A stretch of DNA of 64,000 bases from Candidatus Eiseniibacteriota bacterium (GCA_965224245.1 OZ245046.1:4512001-4576000); one strand, 5' to 3'; counted from the first letter of the stretch, positions 31,345 through 41,713 are shown. Numbers and translations are program-made. Notes: generated by a model not told the origin, from the letters alone.

Positions 31345-31373
31345 TTGCTCACGGCCCGCGTCGGTGATATCCT
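31345..31373 (+). promoter_or_regulatory. Candidate sigma70 promoter for the tandem paralog cluster
   Basis: TTGCTC (31345-31350), 17-bp spacer, TATCCT (31368-31373) with extended TGn. Confidence 0.6.
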
Positions 31374-31414
31374 TAAATAAGATCAAATCTGATTTGATCA
31401 CTCAGAGAGATATC
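31366..31414. promoter_or_regulatory. Symmetric operator-like element centred on 31390
   Basis: GATATC-N9-GATCAAATC-T-GATTTGATC-N9-GATATC, an AT-rich island. Confidence 0.6.
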
Positions 31415-31468
31415 CAGGAAGCCTGCTTCCTCCCCGCAGGCTCCGGGCCGGCCACACGGGAGGGCCAC

Positions 31469-34400
31469 ATGTCTTGCTCCGCGATGCTCGCCGCCGTGCT
31501 CACGGCCGCCGTGATCACGACCCTGTCCACTCCGGCGACCGCGCGCCCCACGGACGCCCCCCACGACGCCCGAGTAGTCCACGCCGGCGCCGACCACGGC
31601 GACCACGACGAGCCGCTCGCGCGACGCTCGAGCGCCCGCACGAGCGGCCTCGACACCGTGTACTTCGGGGGCCGGGGTCCGGACGGACGGGCGATCCAGG
31701 GCGGCGTCTGGGACTTCGAGGACGGCACGCTCCAGGGCTGGACGTCGATCGACGTATCCGACGTGTCGCAGGTGGACCCGCCGGGCGATCCGTCGGTCGG
31801 CGGACCCGGCGCGTCGTACTTCCGGCGGATCACGGCAGCCGACTTCACGTCGGACCCGCCGTTGATTCACGGCGTCGGCTCGGTCTGGGTCGGCGCGAAC
31901 GACGAGGAGGCCGCGGCCCTGTGCTGGCCCGGCGGCCTCGGGTACGGCAACGACTGGGTCATGGGCGCACGAAAGACGTTCACGTACGGCGGCTCGGGCG
32001 ACGTGACGATGACGTTCGACTACTTCACCGACTCCGAGACCCAGTTCGACTACACCTACGTATACGTGGAGGTCGACGGCGTCCGCAGCACTCCGCTGAA
32101 CACGTCGGCCTGGAGCACGCCGGAGGGCTGGGGCTACTCGGGCGCTTACGACGAGGGAACGTCGTCGCACACGCCGGACGACCCGGCCACCGACTCGATC
32201 GTCGTCGATGTCGCCGATCTGCCCACCGGTCCCGGCGCGCCGTTCGACGTGATCTTCGAGTTCGACTCCGACGGACTCTACTCCGACGGCCTCGACTACT
32301 TCATCGGGTACCTGAACTCGCGGTTCGGCGCGTTCGGCATGGACGACTTCACGATCGCCGGCACCGGGCTCTCCGACACCGACACCTTCGAGACCGACGC
32401 CGAGGGATGGTCGTTCGAGCGCGCCGCGCCCGTCGGCACGTTCATGCAGGTGGTCGCGCTGTCCGAGCTGGATCCGATCGAAGACGACTGCGACTGCCCG
32501 ATCCTCCTCGACGACGAGAACGAGTACGTGATGCTGGCGTCGGACTGGGATCTGTCGCACGGGCCGTTTCATCATCCCGACCGCCAGCGCGAACGCCTGA
32601 CCTCCAGCGCGGCGTACGTCGGTTCCGGCTCCGGGGTGGAGGGCTACGACACGTACTTCGTGGCCTACGACAGCTACGAGGACACCCCGGTCGATCTCGG
32701 CGTGGGCTATCGGATCGCCATGGACTACTACCCGTGGACGTGTCCCGAGACCGGCGTCGTCGGCTGGACCCTTCTGTCCGCGGGCGATGGCGGACACACG
32801 TTCTCGGGGCTCGGGGGCGCGCGATGCGCCACGTTTCTCGCGGACAACGGCGAGTTCATGCCCGCCGCCGTCGACTCGGTGCGCCTGACGTTCGAGCTCC
32901 TCTCGTCCTGCGCCTCGTTCGGCTACGGCGAGACCGAGTGCAATGGCCCCGAGGGCACGAACCAGACGCCGCTCTGGGACGACGTCCGGCTGGGACTCGC
33001 GTACGACGCGCTCGACGCACCGTCCCTGTCGGCGGAGCTCACCTATCAGGACGCGTTTCCGACCGAGAACTCGCTCCTTCCCACCGCCACCGCCGACGTG
33101 CACTCGTACTTCGACACCCGGCGCTCGGACGGCGACGACACCAACGCCGCGCTCGGCGACTCGGCCACCGTGTATGCCGACGACGGCGCCGCGGTGTTCC
33201 TGAACTTCCGAGTGACCCCCGGTCCGGGTCTGGCCGACGCCGCGCTCGACGATCTCCTGATCGCGAACGGCGGCGAGGCGGATGGCCCCGGCGACGCCGT
33301 GGACGACGGGGGCTTCCTCGAAGTGCGCATGACCGAGGTGCCCGGCAGCGCGTCACCCCGTTTCGCGACGTACCGGTACGACGGCGATCCGTACGACGGG
33401 ACCCAGCCGAAGATCCTGCCCGACGGGCTGTTCACGCCCGGGACCACCGTCGAGTACTTCTTCTCCGCACGGGATGCGGCGGCGCCCGTCGACACCCGCG
33501 TGGAGCCCGACACCACCGCCGGCGACGAGGATCCGTCGACGTCGTTCTTCCTCGAATTCGAGGTGCTGCCGAGCATGCGGCAGGTCTCGCTGATCGAAGG
33601 CGGCACGGCCGTCGTCACGTCGTCCGTGCTCTACGTGGACGCCTACGATCACGGCGCGCAGGCGATCATCGAGGGCGAGGGTCTCCGGCCGTTTCTCGGC
33701 ACCGGCGTCGGGATGAACGGGCTCACGTTCGATCGGTGGGATCGCTACGACTACCAGGAGGCCGCGTCCAACGTCGTGGCTCCGATGGCGCGCGAGCTCC
33801 ACGGCGACAACGGCATGACGCGGTTCCAGTCGCTCGTCTACCGGACGATGCTGATCAACACGGGGACGTTCCGGGGCACCGCGCTGCGCGAGCGCGACGC
33901 CGACCTCCTCGCCCACTGGCTGACCTCGCAGCGTCCCGATGACGACGGCTCGACGCGCGGTTTGTGGCTGAGCGGCGACGGGATCGCCCGGATCCTGGGG
34001 GCAGCCGGACGTCCCCATCGGAATGCGCTCCTGGCGATGGCCGGCGCCACGTTCGGTGGCGATCCGTATCGGACGGTGGCGTCTCCCGACGATCCGTCGT
34101 TCTGCGTGCGCCTGGATGCCGCGCCCGGCAGCGTCGTGACGCCGGCCGGCGGCGGCCGGTCGGTGCGCGGCAGCGGGTGTCCGACCGAGCTGGGCTTCAG
34201 CGTCGTGGGGACGACGTCCGGCGGCGCCGGTGATCTCGTCTACGTCGACCAGGATGCCGGCGAAGGCGAGACCGCGTACGCCTCGGTCTCCCGCACGAGC
34301 GAGAGCGATCCGTTCGCGACCGTCGTGGACGGGTTCTCGCTCCACGTGCTCCGCCGGTCGCCCGCGGGCTGGACCGGCGACGGCGATCCCGGCTCGCGAC

Positions 34401-34819
34401 CCGGTGATGGCGTGCCGTGCGCCGACTACGCGGTGCTCGATCGGGTTGAGGACGTGTTCGGCTTCTTCGAGGTTCCGACCGACCCGATGGTCGACCCGTC
34501 GGTGTTCGCGATCGCGACGCCGCCGGGCGACGTCCGCCCGCGGACCGCGCTGTACGCGACCGCGCCGAACCCGTTCAATCCCGTGACCACGATCCGCTAC
34601 ACGATCGGCGAGAGCACGCGCGCCCACCTGGCGATCTACGACGTGAGCGGTCGTCTCGTCCGGACCCTGGTCGACGGCATCGCGACGGCTCGGCACTACA
34701 CGGCCCGCTGGGACGGAGCCGACGACTCGGGGGCACCGGCGAGCGCCGGCGTCTACTGGGCGCGCCTGCGGACCGGGACCGGGTTTGTCGGGTCGACGAA
34801 GCTCGTGCTCGTGAAGTAG
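31469..34819 (+). CDS. Large secreted protein P2 (paralog family) with FlgD-Ig/T9SS-like C-terminal domain
   Basis: GGAGG RBS, signal peptide ending ATA, WDFEDGTLQGW, APNPFNPVT..IYDVSGRLVRTL..WDG..GVYW..KLVLVK. Confidence 0.87.
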   Translation: MSCSAMLAAVLTAAVITTLSTPATARPTDAPHDARVVHAGADHGDHDEPLARRSSARTSGLDTVYFGGRGPDGRAIQGGVWDFEDGTLQGWTSIDVSDVSQVDPPGDPSVGGPGASYFRRITAADFTSDPPLIHGVGSVWVGANDEEAAALCWPGGLGYGNDWVMGARKTFTYGGSGDVTMTFDYFTDSETQFDYTYVYVEVDGVRSTPLNTSAWSTPEGWGYSGAYDEGTSSHTPDDPATDSIVVDVADLPTGPGAPFDVIFEFDSDGLYSDGLDYFIGYLNSRFGAFGMDDFTIAGTGLSDTDTFETDAEGWSFERAAPVGTFMQVVALSELDPIEDDCDCPILLDDENEYVMLASDWDLSHGPFHHPDRQRERLTSSAAYVGSGSGVEGYDTYFVAYDSYEDTPVDLGVGYRIAMDYYPWTCPETGVVGWTLLSAGDGGHTFSGLGGARCATFLADNGEFMPAAVDSVRLTFELLSSCASFGYGETECNGPEGTNQTPLWDDVRLGLAYDALDAPSLSAELTYQDAFPTENSLLPTATADVHSYFDTRRSDGDDTNAALGDSATVYADDGAAVFLNFRVTPGPGLADAALDDLLIANGGEADGPGDAVDDGGFLEVRMTEVPGSASPRFATYRYDGDPYDGTQPKILPDGLFTPGTTVEYFFSARDAAAPVDTRVEPDTTAGDEDPSTSFFLEFEVLPSMRQVSLIEGGTAVVTSSVLYVDAYDHGAQAIIEGEGLRPFLGTGVGMNGLTFDRWDRYDYQEAASNVVAPMARELHGDNGMTRFQSLVYRTMLINTGTFRGTALRERDADLLAHWLTSQRPDDDGSTRGLWLSGDGIARILGAAGRPHRNALLAMAGATFGGDPYRTVASPDDPSFCVRLDAAPGSVVTPAGGGRSVRGSGCPTELGFSVVGTTSGGAGDLVYVDQDAGEGETAYASVSRTSESDPFATVVDGFSLHVLRRSPAGWTGDGDPGSRPGDGVPCADYAVLDRVEDVFGFFEVPTDPMVDPSVFAIATPPGDVRPRTALYATAPNPFNPVTTIRYTIGESTRAHLAIYDVSGRLVRTLVDGIATARHYTARWDGADDSGAPASAGVYWARLRTGTGFVGSTKLVLVK

Positions 34820-34908
34820 CGAGCGACGCGCCAGCCTGTCGCGTGGCGGGCGCGAATGACACGTTCACGCCGCGCCGGCGGCCCGGCGCGGCTCCCGAGG
34901 AGGACGAG

Positions 34909-37900
34909 ATGGCCCGCGAGGCGATCGGGCGCACCCGAGAGAGACGACTCGGCGGACCGCTGGCGTCGCTCGTGCTGTGCGCGATCACCGTCCTGTCCTC
35001 GGCGGCGCGAACGCCCGAGTCCCGCGAGCGGTCCGAGATGGACCTCGACCCCCGGGCCGCACGTTCACGCTTCGACGTGCCCGTCGCGCTTCGAGGTGCG
35101 ACCGCGCGAGTCGCTGCCGACACCGCTCGTCTCGGCGGCCTCGGTCCCGACGGGCTCGCGATCCCCGGCGGGGTCTGGGACTTCGAGGACGGCACGCTCC
35201 AGGGCTGGGGCGCGCGCGACCTGACCGACCGCGCGCAGGTGGATCCCCCCGGCGATCCCGCCATCGGCGGTCCGGGTGCGTCGTACTTCCGGCACATCAC
35301 CGCCGGCGACTTCTCCGGATCGCCGATCGTGCCGTTGATCTCCGGCACCGGCTCGCTGTGGGTGGGCGCGAACGAGGAGGAGGCCGCGTCCGGGTGCTGG
35401 CCCGGCGGCATGGGCTATGACAACCACTGGCTCATGCGCGCCCGGAAGGCCTTCGCGTACGGCGGCTCGGGCACCGTCACGATGACGTTCGACTACTTCT
35501 TCGACTCCGAGACGCAGTTCGACTTCACCTACGTGTATACCGAGGTCGACGGCGTCCGGAGCAGCCCGCTCAACACGTCGATGCATTCGACGCCGGAGGG
35601 CTGGGGCTACTCGGGCTCGGTGGACGAGGGGACCGCTCCGTTCTCACCCGATGCGCCGGCCACCGACACCATCGTCGTCGACACGGTGGACCTGCCCGGC
35701 GGCACGGGCGCTTCGTTCGAGATCGTCTTCGAGTTCGACTCCGATCCGCTCTTCTCCGACGGCGTCGATTCCTTCTCGAGCTTCCTGAACTCGCGGTACG
35801 GCCCGTTCGGACTGGATGACTTCGTGATCGACGGTGTCGCCCTGTCGGATACCGACGACTTCGAGGTGGACGCCGAGGGCTGGAGCTTCGAACGTCGCGA
35901 CCCGATCGGCGCGTTCCAGCAGGTCGTCGCGCTCTCGCTCCTGGATCCGATCGAGGACACCTGTGCCTGCCCCATCACCGGGGATCCCGACGACGACTAC
36001 GTGATGGTGGCCTCGGACTGGGATCTGTCGCACGGCCCGCACCACCATCCCCGGCGGCAGCGGGTGTTCCTGTTCTCGAATCCGGCCTACGTCGGTCCCG
36101 GATCGGGCCTGGAGGGGCACCGCACTCGTCTGGTGGAGTGGGACGTGTGGGAGGACCTCCACCCCTGGGCCGGCGTCGGGTATCGCATCGCGATGGATTA
36201 CTACCCCTGGACGTGTCCGGAGACGGCCCTCGTGCGATGGACCCTCGTGCCCGCCGGCGACGGTGGCTTCGTCTTCACCGGACTCGGAGGCGCGCGCTGT
36301 GTCTCGCACGTCGTGGACAACTCCGAGTGGATCCCCGACGACGTCGACTCGCTCCGGATCGCGTTCGAGCTGATCTCGGACTGCGACGACTTTGCGGGCG
36401 AGTGCTGGGGGGCCGACAGCACCGATCAGTCGCCGTACTGGGACAACCTGAACCTGACCCTCGTCGAGGGACCGCTCGACGCGCCGCCGCTGTCGCTCGA
36501 TCTTCTGTACCAGGACGCGTTCCCGTCCCTGAACTCGCTTCAGCCGTCAGCCACCGCGGACGTGCACTCGTTCCTCGACACGAACCGCCAGGACGGGGAT
36601 CCGACGAACGCCCGGCTGGGCGACTCGGCCACCGTGATCTCGAGCGTGCGCGCGGCCGTGTTCCTCAACTTCCGGGTGACGCCGGGCCCGGCGCTGACCG
36701 ACGGCGCCCTGGACGCGATCCTGGTGGCCAACGGCGGCGTTCCCGACGGCCCCGGCGACGCGATCGACGACGGCGGCTTTCTCGAGGTGCGCATGTGCGA
36801 GCTGCCGGGGCCGGACCACGGCGCGTTCGCGACGTACCTTCACGACGGATCCCCGTACGACGGCTCGCAGCCGAAGATCCTGCCCGACGGCGTGCTGACG
36901 CCGGGAACGACGGTCGAGTACTTCTTCTCCGCGCGCGATGCGATCGCGCCGGTCGACACGCGCGTCGAGCCGGATACGACCGCCGGCGACGACGATCCGG
37001 CGACGTTCTTCTTTCTCGAGCTCGACGTGCTGCCCGGGCTGCGGGACGTCGGCGCACCGGGAGATCCCGTGATCGTGTACGCGTCGGTGCTGTACGTCGA
37101 CGCGTTCAACGCCGGCGCCCAGGAGATCATCGAGACCGAGGGCCTGCGGCCGCGCCTCGGCACGGGTGTCGGATCAGACGGCGTCGTGTTCGACCGGTGG
37201 GATCGATACGACTACCTCGGCGCCGGCTCGAACGTGCCCGCCCCCATGGCACGCGAGCCCGCGGGCGACAACGGCATGACGACGTTCCAGTCGCTCGCCT
37301 ATCGCACGATCCTCTACAACACCGGAAGCCTCGCCCAGGAAGGCCTCCGCGACGGCGACGCGGATCTCCTGATCGACTGGCTCACGCTGACCCGACCGGG
37401 TGACAACGGGTTCACGCGTGGGCTCTGGCTGAGCGGCGACGGCATCGCGTCGATCCTCGATCGAGCGGGACGACCGTCCAGCAACGCGCTCCTGTCGAGC
37501 TACGCGGGCGCGTCGGTGACCGGGCGCCCTTATCGGGACGTCGCCTCCCCGGACGACCCGTCGTTCTGCGCCCGTCTCGACGCGGATCCCGCGAGCACCG
37601 TCAGCGCGCCAGGAAGCTACGCGTCGGTACGCGGGAGCGGCTGCCCGGGCCTCCTGGACTTCAGCGTGCTCGGTGCGGTCGGTCCCGGCGCGGGCGACCT
37701 CGTCTACGTCGATCAGGACGCCGGCGGATCCGAGACGCCCTTCGCGTCGGTGACGAGCGACGTCGAGCCCTACCGTGTCGTGCTCGACGGGTTCTCGGTG
37801 CACGCACTCCGGTACTCGCCGAGCGGCTGGACCGGCGATGGGGATGCGCGCGACGCGCCCGGCGACGGCACACCGTGCGCGGACCACGCCGTCCTCGCCC

Positions 37901-38277
37901 GGCTGTCGGACGTCTTCGACTTCCTCGAGGTGCCGCCCGACCCTCTGATCGAGCCCTGGGAACCCATCGCGACGCCGCCGGCCGGAGCAGCGCCGGGTCG
38001 CACGCGGCTGTACGCGGCGTCACCGAACCCGTTCAACCCGAACACGACGATCCGATACGACGTGGGTGCCCCGACGAACGTTCGGCTGGACGTTCTCGAC
38101 GTCGGCGGACGCCGGGTGCGAACGCTCGTCGACGAGAATCGCGGCGCCGGGCCTCACGTCCACCGATGGGACGGAGCTGATGATGGCGGACGCCCGGTTG
38201 CACCCGGCATGTACTGGGCGTGGCTCCGGACGGGCCGCGGCTACGAGCACGCAACCAAGCTGGTGCTGCTAAAATGA
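34909..38277 (+). CDS. Large secreted protein P3 (paralog family)
   Basis: GAGGAGG RBS precedes the ATG at 34909; colinear with P2 and P4; SPNPFNP C-terminal domain ending KLVLLK. Confidence 0.87.
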   Translation: MAREAIGRTRERRLGGPLASLVLCAITVLSSAARTPESRERSEMDLDPRAARSRFDVPVALRGATARVAADTARLGGLGPDGLAIPGGVWDFEDGTLQGWGARDLTDRAQVDPPGDPAIGGPGASYFRHITAGDFSGSPIVPLISGTGSLWVGANEEEAASGCWPGGMGYDNHWLMRARKAFAYGGSGTVTMTFDYFFDSETQFDFTYVYTEVDGVRSSPLNTSMHSTPEGWGYSGSVDEGTAPFSPDAPATDTIVVDTVDLPGGTGASFEIVFEFDSDPLFSDGVDSFSSFLNSRYGPFGLDDFVIDGVALSDTDDFEVDAEGWSFERRDPIGAFQQVVALSLLDPIEDTCACPITGDPDDDYVMVASDWDLSHGPHHHPRRQRVFLFSNPAYVGPGSGLEGHRTRLVEWDVWEDLHPWAGVGYRIAMDYYPWTCPETALVRWTLVPAGDGGFVFTGLGGARCVSHVVDNSEWIPDDVDSLRIAFELISDCDDFAGECWGADSTDQSPYWDNLNLTLVEGPLDAPPLSLDLLYQDAFPSLNSLQPSATADVHSFLDTNRQDGDPTNARLGDSATVISSVRAAVFLNFRVTPGPALTDGALDAILVANGGVPDGPGDAIDDGGFLEVRMCELPGPDHGAFATYLHDGSPYDGSQPKILPDGVLTPGTTVEYFFSARDAIAPVDTRVEPDTTAGDDDPATFFFLELDVLPGLRDVGAPGDPVIVYASVLYVDAFNAGAQEIIETEGLRPRLGTGVGSDGVVFDRWDRYDYLGAGSNVPAPMAREPAGDNGMTTFQSLAYRTILYNTGSLAQEGLRDGDADLLIDWLTLTRPGDNGFTRGLWLSGDGIASILDRAGRPSSNALLSSYAGASVTGRPYRDVASPDDPSFCARLDADPASTVSAPGSYASVRGSGCPGLLDFSVLGAVGPGAGDLVYVDQDAGGSETPFASVTSDVEPYRVVLDGFSVHALRYSPSGWTGDGDARDAPGDGTPCADHAVLARLSDVFDFLEVPPDPLIEPWEPIATPPAGAAPGRTRLYAASPNPFNPNTTIRYDVGAPTNVRLDVLDVGGRRVRTLVDENRGAGPHVHRWDGADDGGRPVAPGMYWAWLRTGRGYEHATKLVLLK

Positions 38278-38349
38278 CCGCATCGCACCGCCCCTCCCGG
38301 TGCGTTCGGGTCCCGGTGCGCGGCCGCGCCGCGCGGGAGGAGTGGCGAG

Positions 38350-41300
38350 GTGTCTCGAGAACGTACGGTGTTGCTCGCCGGTGTCGGGGTCGCGGTGGCC
38401 GCGCTTCTGGTCCTGGGCGGTCCGAGCACGGCCCGGACACCCGAGCGCGAGGTCCTCGACCGCTCGACGGTGCTCCCCGGCTCAGAGGGGCGTTTCGACA
38501 TTCCGATATCGACGCGCGCGGCGGGCGCGCGCGGCATCGGCCCCGACACGATTCGCTTCGGCGGCATCGGCCCCGACGGTCTGGCGGTTCCGGGCGGCAT
38601 CTGGGATTTCGAGGACGGCACGCTCCAGGGGTGGACGTCCACGGACGTCACCGACATCTCGCAGGCCGACCCCCCGGGCGATCCCGCGATCGGGGGACCG
38701 GGAGCCTCGTACTTCCGCCGCATCACCGCCGCCGACTTCACCGGCTCACCGGTGACACCTCTGATCGATGGAACGGCGTCGCTGTGGGTGGGCGCGAACG
38801 AGGAGGAGGCCGCCGCCGGCTGCTGGCCGGGCGGCATGGGCTACGACAACCAGTGGCTGATGACGGCGACGAAGACGTTCACGTACGGCGGCTCGGGTGA
38901 CGTCACGCTGGCGTTCGACTACTTCACCGACTCCGAGACGCAGTTCGACTACACGTACGTCTACGTCACGGTCGACGGGGTTCGCAGCCTACCGGTGAAC
39001 AGGTCGGCGTGGTCGACTGTGGAGGGGTGGGGCTACTCGGGCGCCGTGCTCGAGGAGACGGCGATCGGGGAGCCGTCGGCCCCGGCGTCCGACACCATCG
39101 TGCTCGACTCCACGTTGCTGCCCGACGCGCTCGGCGATCCCTTCGACATCACGTTCGAGTTCACGTCCGACTATCTGTACTCCGACGGCCTCGACTCCTA
39201 CGCAGGCTTTCTGAACTCGCTCCACGGGCCGTTCGGCCTGGACGACTTCTCGATCGACGGCGTTGCGCTGTCCGACACCGACGACTTCGAGGCCGGCGCG
39301 GAGGACTGGGTGTTCGGCCGCCACCCGGGGTACGGCGCGTTCCAGCAGGTGGTGGCGTTGACGATGCTGGACCCGGTCGCGGATCCTTGCCGCTGCGCGA
39401 TGACCGTCGATCCCGAGAACGACTTCGTCATGGTCAACTCCGACTGGGATCTCTCGCACGGGCCGTTTCATCATCCCGAGGACCAGCGAGAGACCCTGAG
39501 GTCGAACGCAGCCTATGTCGGTCCGGGATCGGGCGCGGAGGATCACGGTGCGTTCCACATCGAGTGGGAGGTCTGGGAGGACACTCCCCACGCCAACGGC
39601 GTGGGCTATCGCGCCGCGATGGATTACTACCCGTGGACGTGCCCGACGACCGGTGCCGTGACGTGGACCCTCGAGCCCGCGGGAGCCGGCGGGTTCATCT
39701 TCTCCGGGCTCGCGGGCCCCCGGTGCGTCCGACACCTCCTCGACAACTCGGCGTTCATGCCCGACGAGGTCGACTCGCTCCGCATCGTGTTCGAGCTGAT
39801 CTCGAAGTGCGACGACTTCGGAATCACCGACTGCACCGGCCCCGAGACCACGAACCAGTCTCCCTACTGGGACGACCTCACGCTGACGCTGGTCGAGGGT
39901 CCCCTCGATGCTCCGCCGCTGGAGCTCGAGCTGCTCTACCAGGACGCCTTCCCGTCGGTCAACTCGCTCCACCCCGCGGCCACCGCCGCCGTCCACTCGT
40001 TCTTCGACACGAACCGGGTCGACGCCGACCCGACGAACGCTCAGCTCGGGGACTCGGCGACGGTGGTCTCCCGGCGGTCGGAGGCGGTGTACCTGAACTT
40101 CCGGATCACGCCCGGGCCGATGCTCGAGGACGACGCCCTGGACGCGATCCTCGTGGCGGTCGGCGGCGTTCCCGACGGGCCCGGCGATGCGGTCGACGAC
40201 GGCGGGTTCCTCGAGGTGCGCATGTGCGAGCTTCCCGGCGCCGACCGGGGGACGTACGCCACGTACCTCTTCGACGGATCGTACTTCGACGGATCCCAGC
40301 CCAAGATCCTGCCCGACGGCGTGCTGACGCCGGGTACCACGGTCGAGTACTTCTTCTCCGCGCGCGACGCGGACTCGCCGGTGGACACCCGCGTGGCGCC
40401 CGATACGACCGCCGGCGACGCCGACCCCGGAACGTCGTTCTTTCTCGAGTTCGACGTGCTACCGGGCCTGCGCCGGATCGCGCCCCCGGGAGAGCCGCTC
40501 ATCTCCTCCACGGTGCTCTACGTGGACGCGTTCAACGCCGGGGCCCAGGAGATCATCGAGCGGGAGGGCCTGAGACCTCGCCTCGGTACCGGCGTGTCCG
40601 CCGATGGCATCGAGTACGATCACTGGGACCGATACGACTACCTCGCCGCGGGGACGAACCTGCCGGCCCCGATGGCGCGCGAGCTGATGGGCGACAACGG
40701 CATGACCCGCTACCAGTCGCTCGCGTATCGGACGATCCTCTACAACACCGGCAGCCTCACCCAGGAGGGACTTCGGAACGGGGATGCCGATCTCCTGAGC
40801 ATCTGGCTCGAGGTCGCGCGCCCGTGCGACGACGGGCTCACCCGGGGGCTCTGGCTGAGCGGGGACGGCATCGCGACCATCCTGGATCGCGCGGGCCGAT
40901 CGTCGGCGAACGCACTGCTGTCGACCGCGGGCGCGTCGGTGGTCGGCGCGCCCTATCGCGAGACGGTCGCGCCGAGGGACTCCTCGGTCTGCGTCCGTCT
41001 GGACGCCGCTCCCGGAAGCGCGATCAGCGGCCCCGTCGCCGCGTCGGTCCGGGGCAACGGCTGCCCGACGGTGCTCAACTTCACGATCCTCGGCACCAGC
41101 GGCACCGGCGTGGGGGACCTCGTCTACGTGGATCAGGACGCCGGCGAGACCGAGACGCCGTTCGCATCGGTCTCGAACGACGTCCACCCGTACCGGATCG
41201 TGATCGATGGATTCTCGCTGCACACGTTGCGCGTCTCGCCGCCGGGCTGGACCGGCGACGGCGATCTCCGCGATGTGCCGGGAGACGGAACCCCGTGCGC

Positions 41301-41700
41301 GGACTACGCGGTGTTCCAGCGTCTCGACGACGTCTTCGAGTTCCTGGAAGTGCCGGGCAATCCGATGGTCATCCCCTGCGAGCCGATCGCGGCGCCGCCG
41401 GTCGAGCCCGGCGCCGGCGAACGGACGCGGCTGCACGCCGCCTCGCCGAACCCGTTCAATCCAGCGGTGACGGTCCGGTACGATCTGGGCGTCACGTCGC
41501 GGGTGCGCGTGGACGTGCTCGGGGTCGACGGTCGCCACGTGCGCGGGCTCGTGAACGAGGTTCAGTCGCCGGGCGCCCACACGCTCCGCTGGGATGGCAC
41601 CGACGACGCGGGACGTGAGGTCGCGGCCGGCGTGTACTGGGCGCGACTGCGAGCCGGAGACGGATACGACCGGACGACGAGGCTGGTGCTGGTGAGGTAG
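38350..41700 (+). CDS. Large secreted protein P4 (paralog family)
   Basis: GGAGGAG RBS, GTG start, signal peptide ending STA; colinear with P2 and P3; SPNPFNP domain ending RLVLVR. Confidence 0.87.
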   Translation: MSRERTVLLAGVGVAVAALLVLGGPSTARTPEREVLDRSTVLPGSEGRFDIPISTRAAGARGIGPDTIRFGGIGPDGLAVPGGIWDFEDGTLQGWTSTDVTDISQADPPGDPAIGGPGASYFRRITAADFTGSPVTPLIDGTASLWVGANEEEAAAGCWPGGMGYDNQWLMTATKTFTYGGSGDVTLAFDYFTDSETQFDYTYVYVTVDGVRSLPVNRSAWSTVEGWGYSGAVLEETAIGEPSAPASDTIVLDSTLLPDALGDPFDITFEFTSDYLYSDGLDSYAGFLNSLHGPFGLDDFSIDGVALSDTDDFEAGAEDWVFGRHPGYGAFQQVVALTMLDPVADPCRCAMTVDPENDFVMVNSDWDLSHGPFHHPEDQRETLRSNAAYVGPGSGAEDHGAFHIEWEVWEDTPHANGVGYRAAMDYYPWTCPTTGAVTWTLEPAGAGGFIFSGLAGPRCVRHLLDNSAFMPDEVDSLRIVFELISKCDDFGITDCTGPETTNQSPYWDDLTLTLVEGPLDAPPLELELLYQDAFPSVNSLHPAATAAVHSFFDTNRVDADPTNAQLGDSATVVSRRSEAVYLNFRITPGPMLEDDALDAILVAVGGVPDGPGDAVDDGGFLEVRMCELPGADRGTYATYLFDGSYFDGSQPKILPDGVLTPGTTVEYFFSARDADSPVDTRVAPDTTAGDADPGTSFFLEFDVLPGLRRIAPPGEPLISSTVLYVDAFNAGAQEIIEREGLRPRLGTGVSADGIEYDHWDRYDYLAAGTNLPAPMARELMGDNGMTRYQSLAYRTILYNTGSLTQEGLRNGDADLLSIWLEVARPCDDGLTRGLWLSGDGIATILDRAGRSSANALLSTAGASVVGAPYRETVAPRDSSVCVRLDAAPGSAISGPVAASVRGNGCPTVLNFTILGTSGTGVGDLVYVDQDAGETETPFASVSNDVHPYRIVIDGFSLHTLRVSPPGWTGDGDLRDVPGDGTPCADYAVFQRLDDVFEFLEVPGNPMVIPCEPIAAPPVEPGAGERTRLHAASPNPFNPAVTVRYDLGVTSRVRVDVLGVDGRHVRGLVNEVQSPGAHTLRWDGTDDAGREVAAGVYWARLRAGDGYDRTTRLVLVR

Positions 41701-41713
41701 GGACCGGCGGCGC

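Noticed and set aside
31381-31399. FNR box
   Set aside because: The half-sites are in the opposite order (ATCAA before TTGAT) and the spacing differs from TTGAT-N4-ATCAA.
31469-41700. Tandem paralogs as a diversity-generating retroelement or invertible cassette locus
   Set aside because: No reverse transcriptase, recombinase or non-coding template copy is visible; all three copies are intact and differ throughout.
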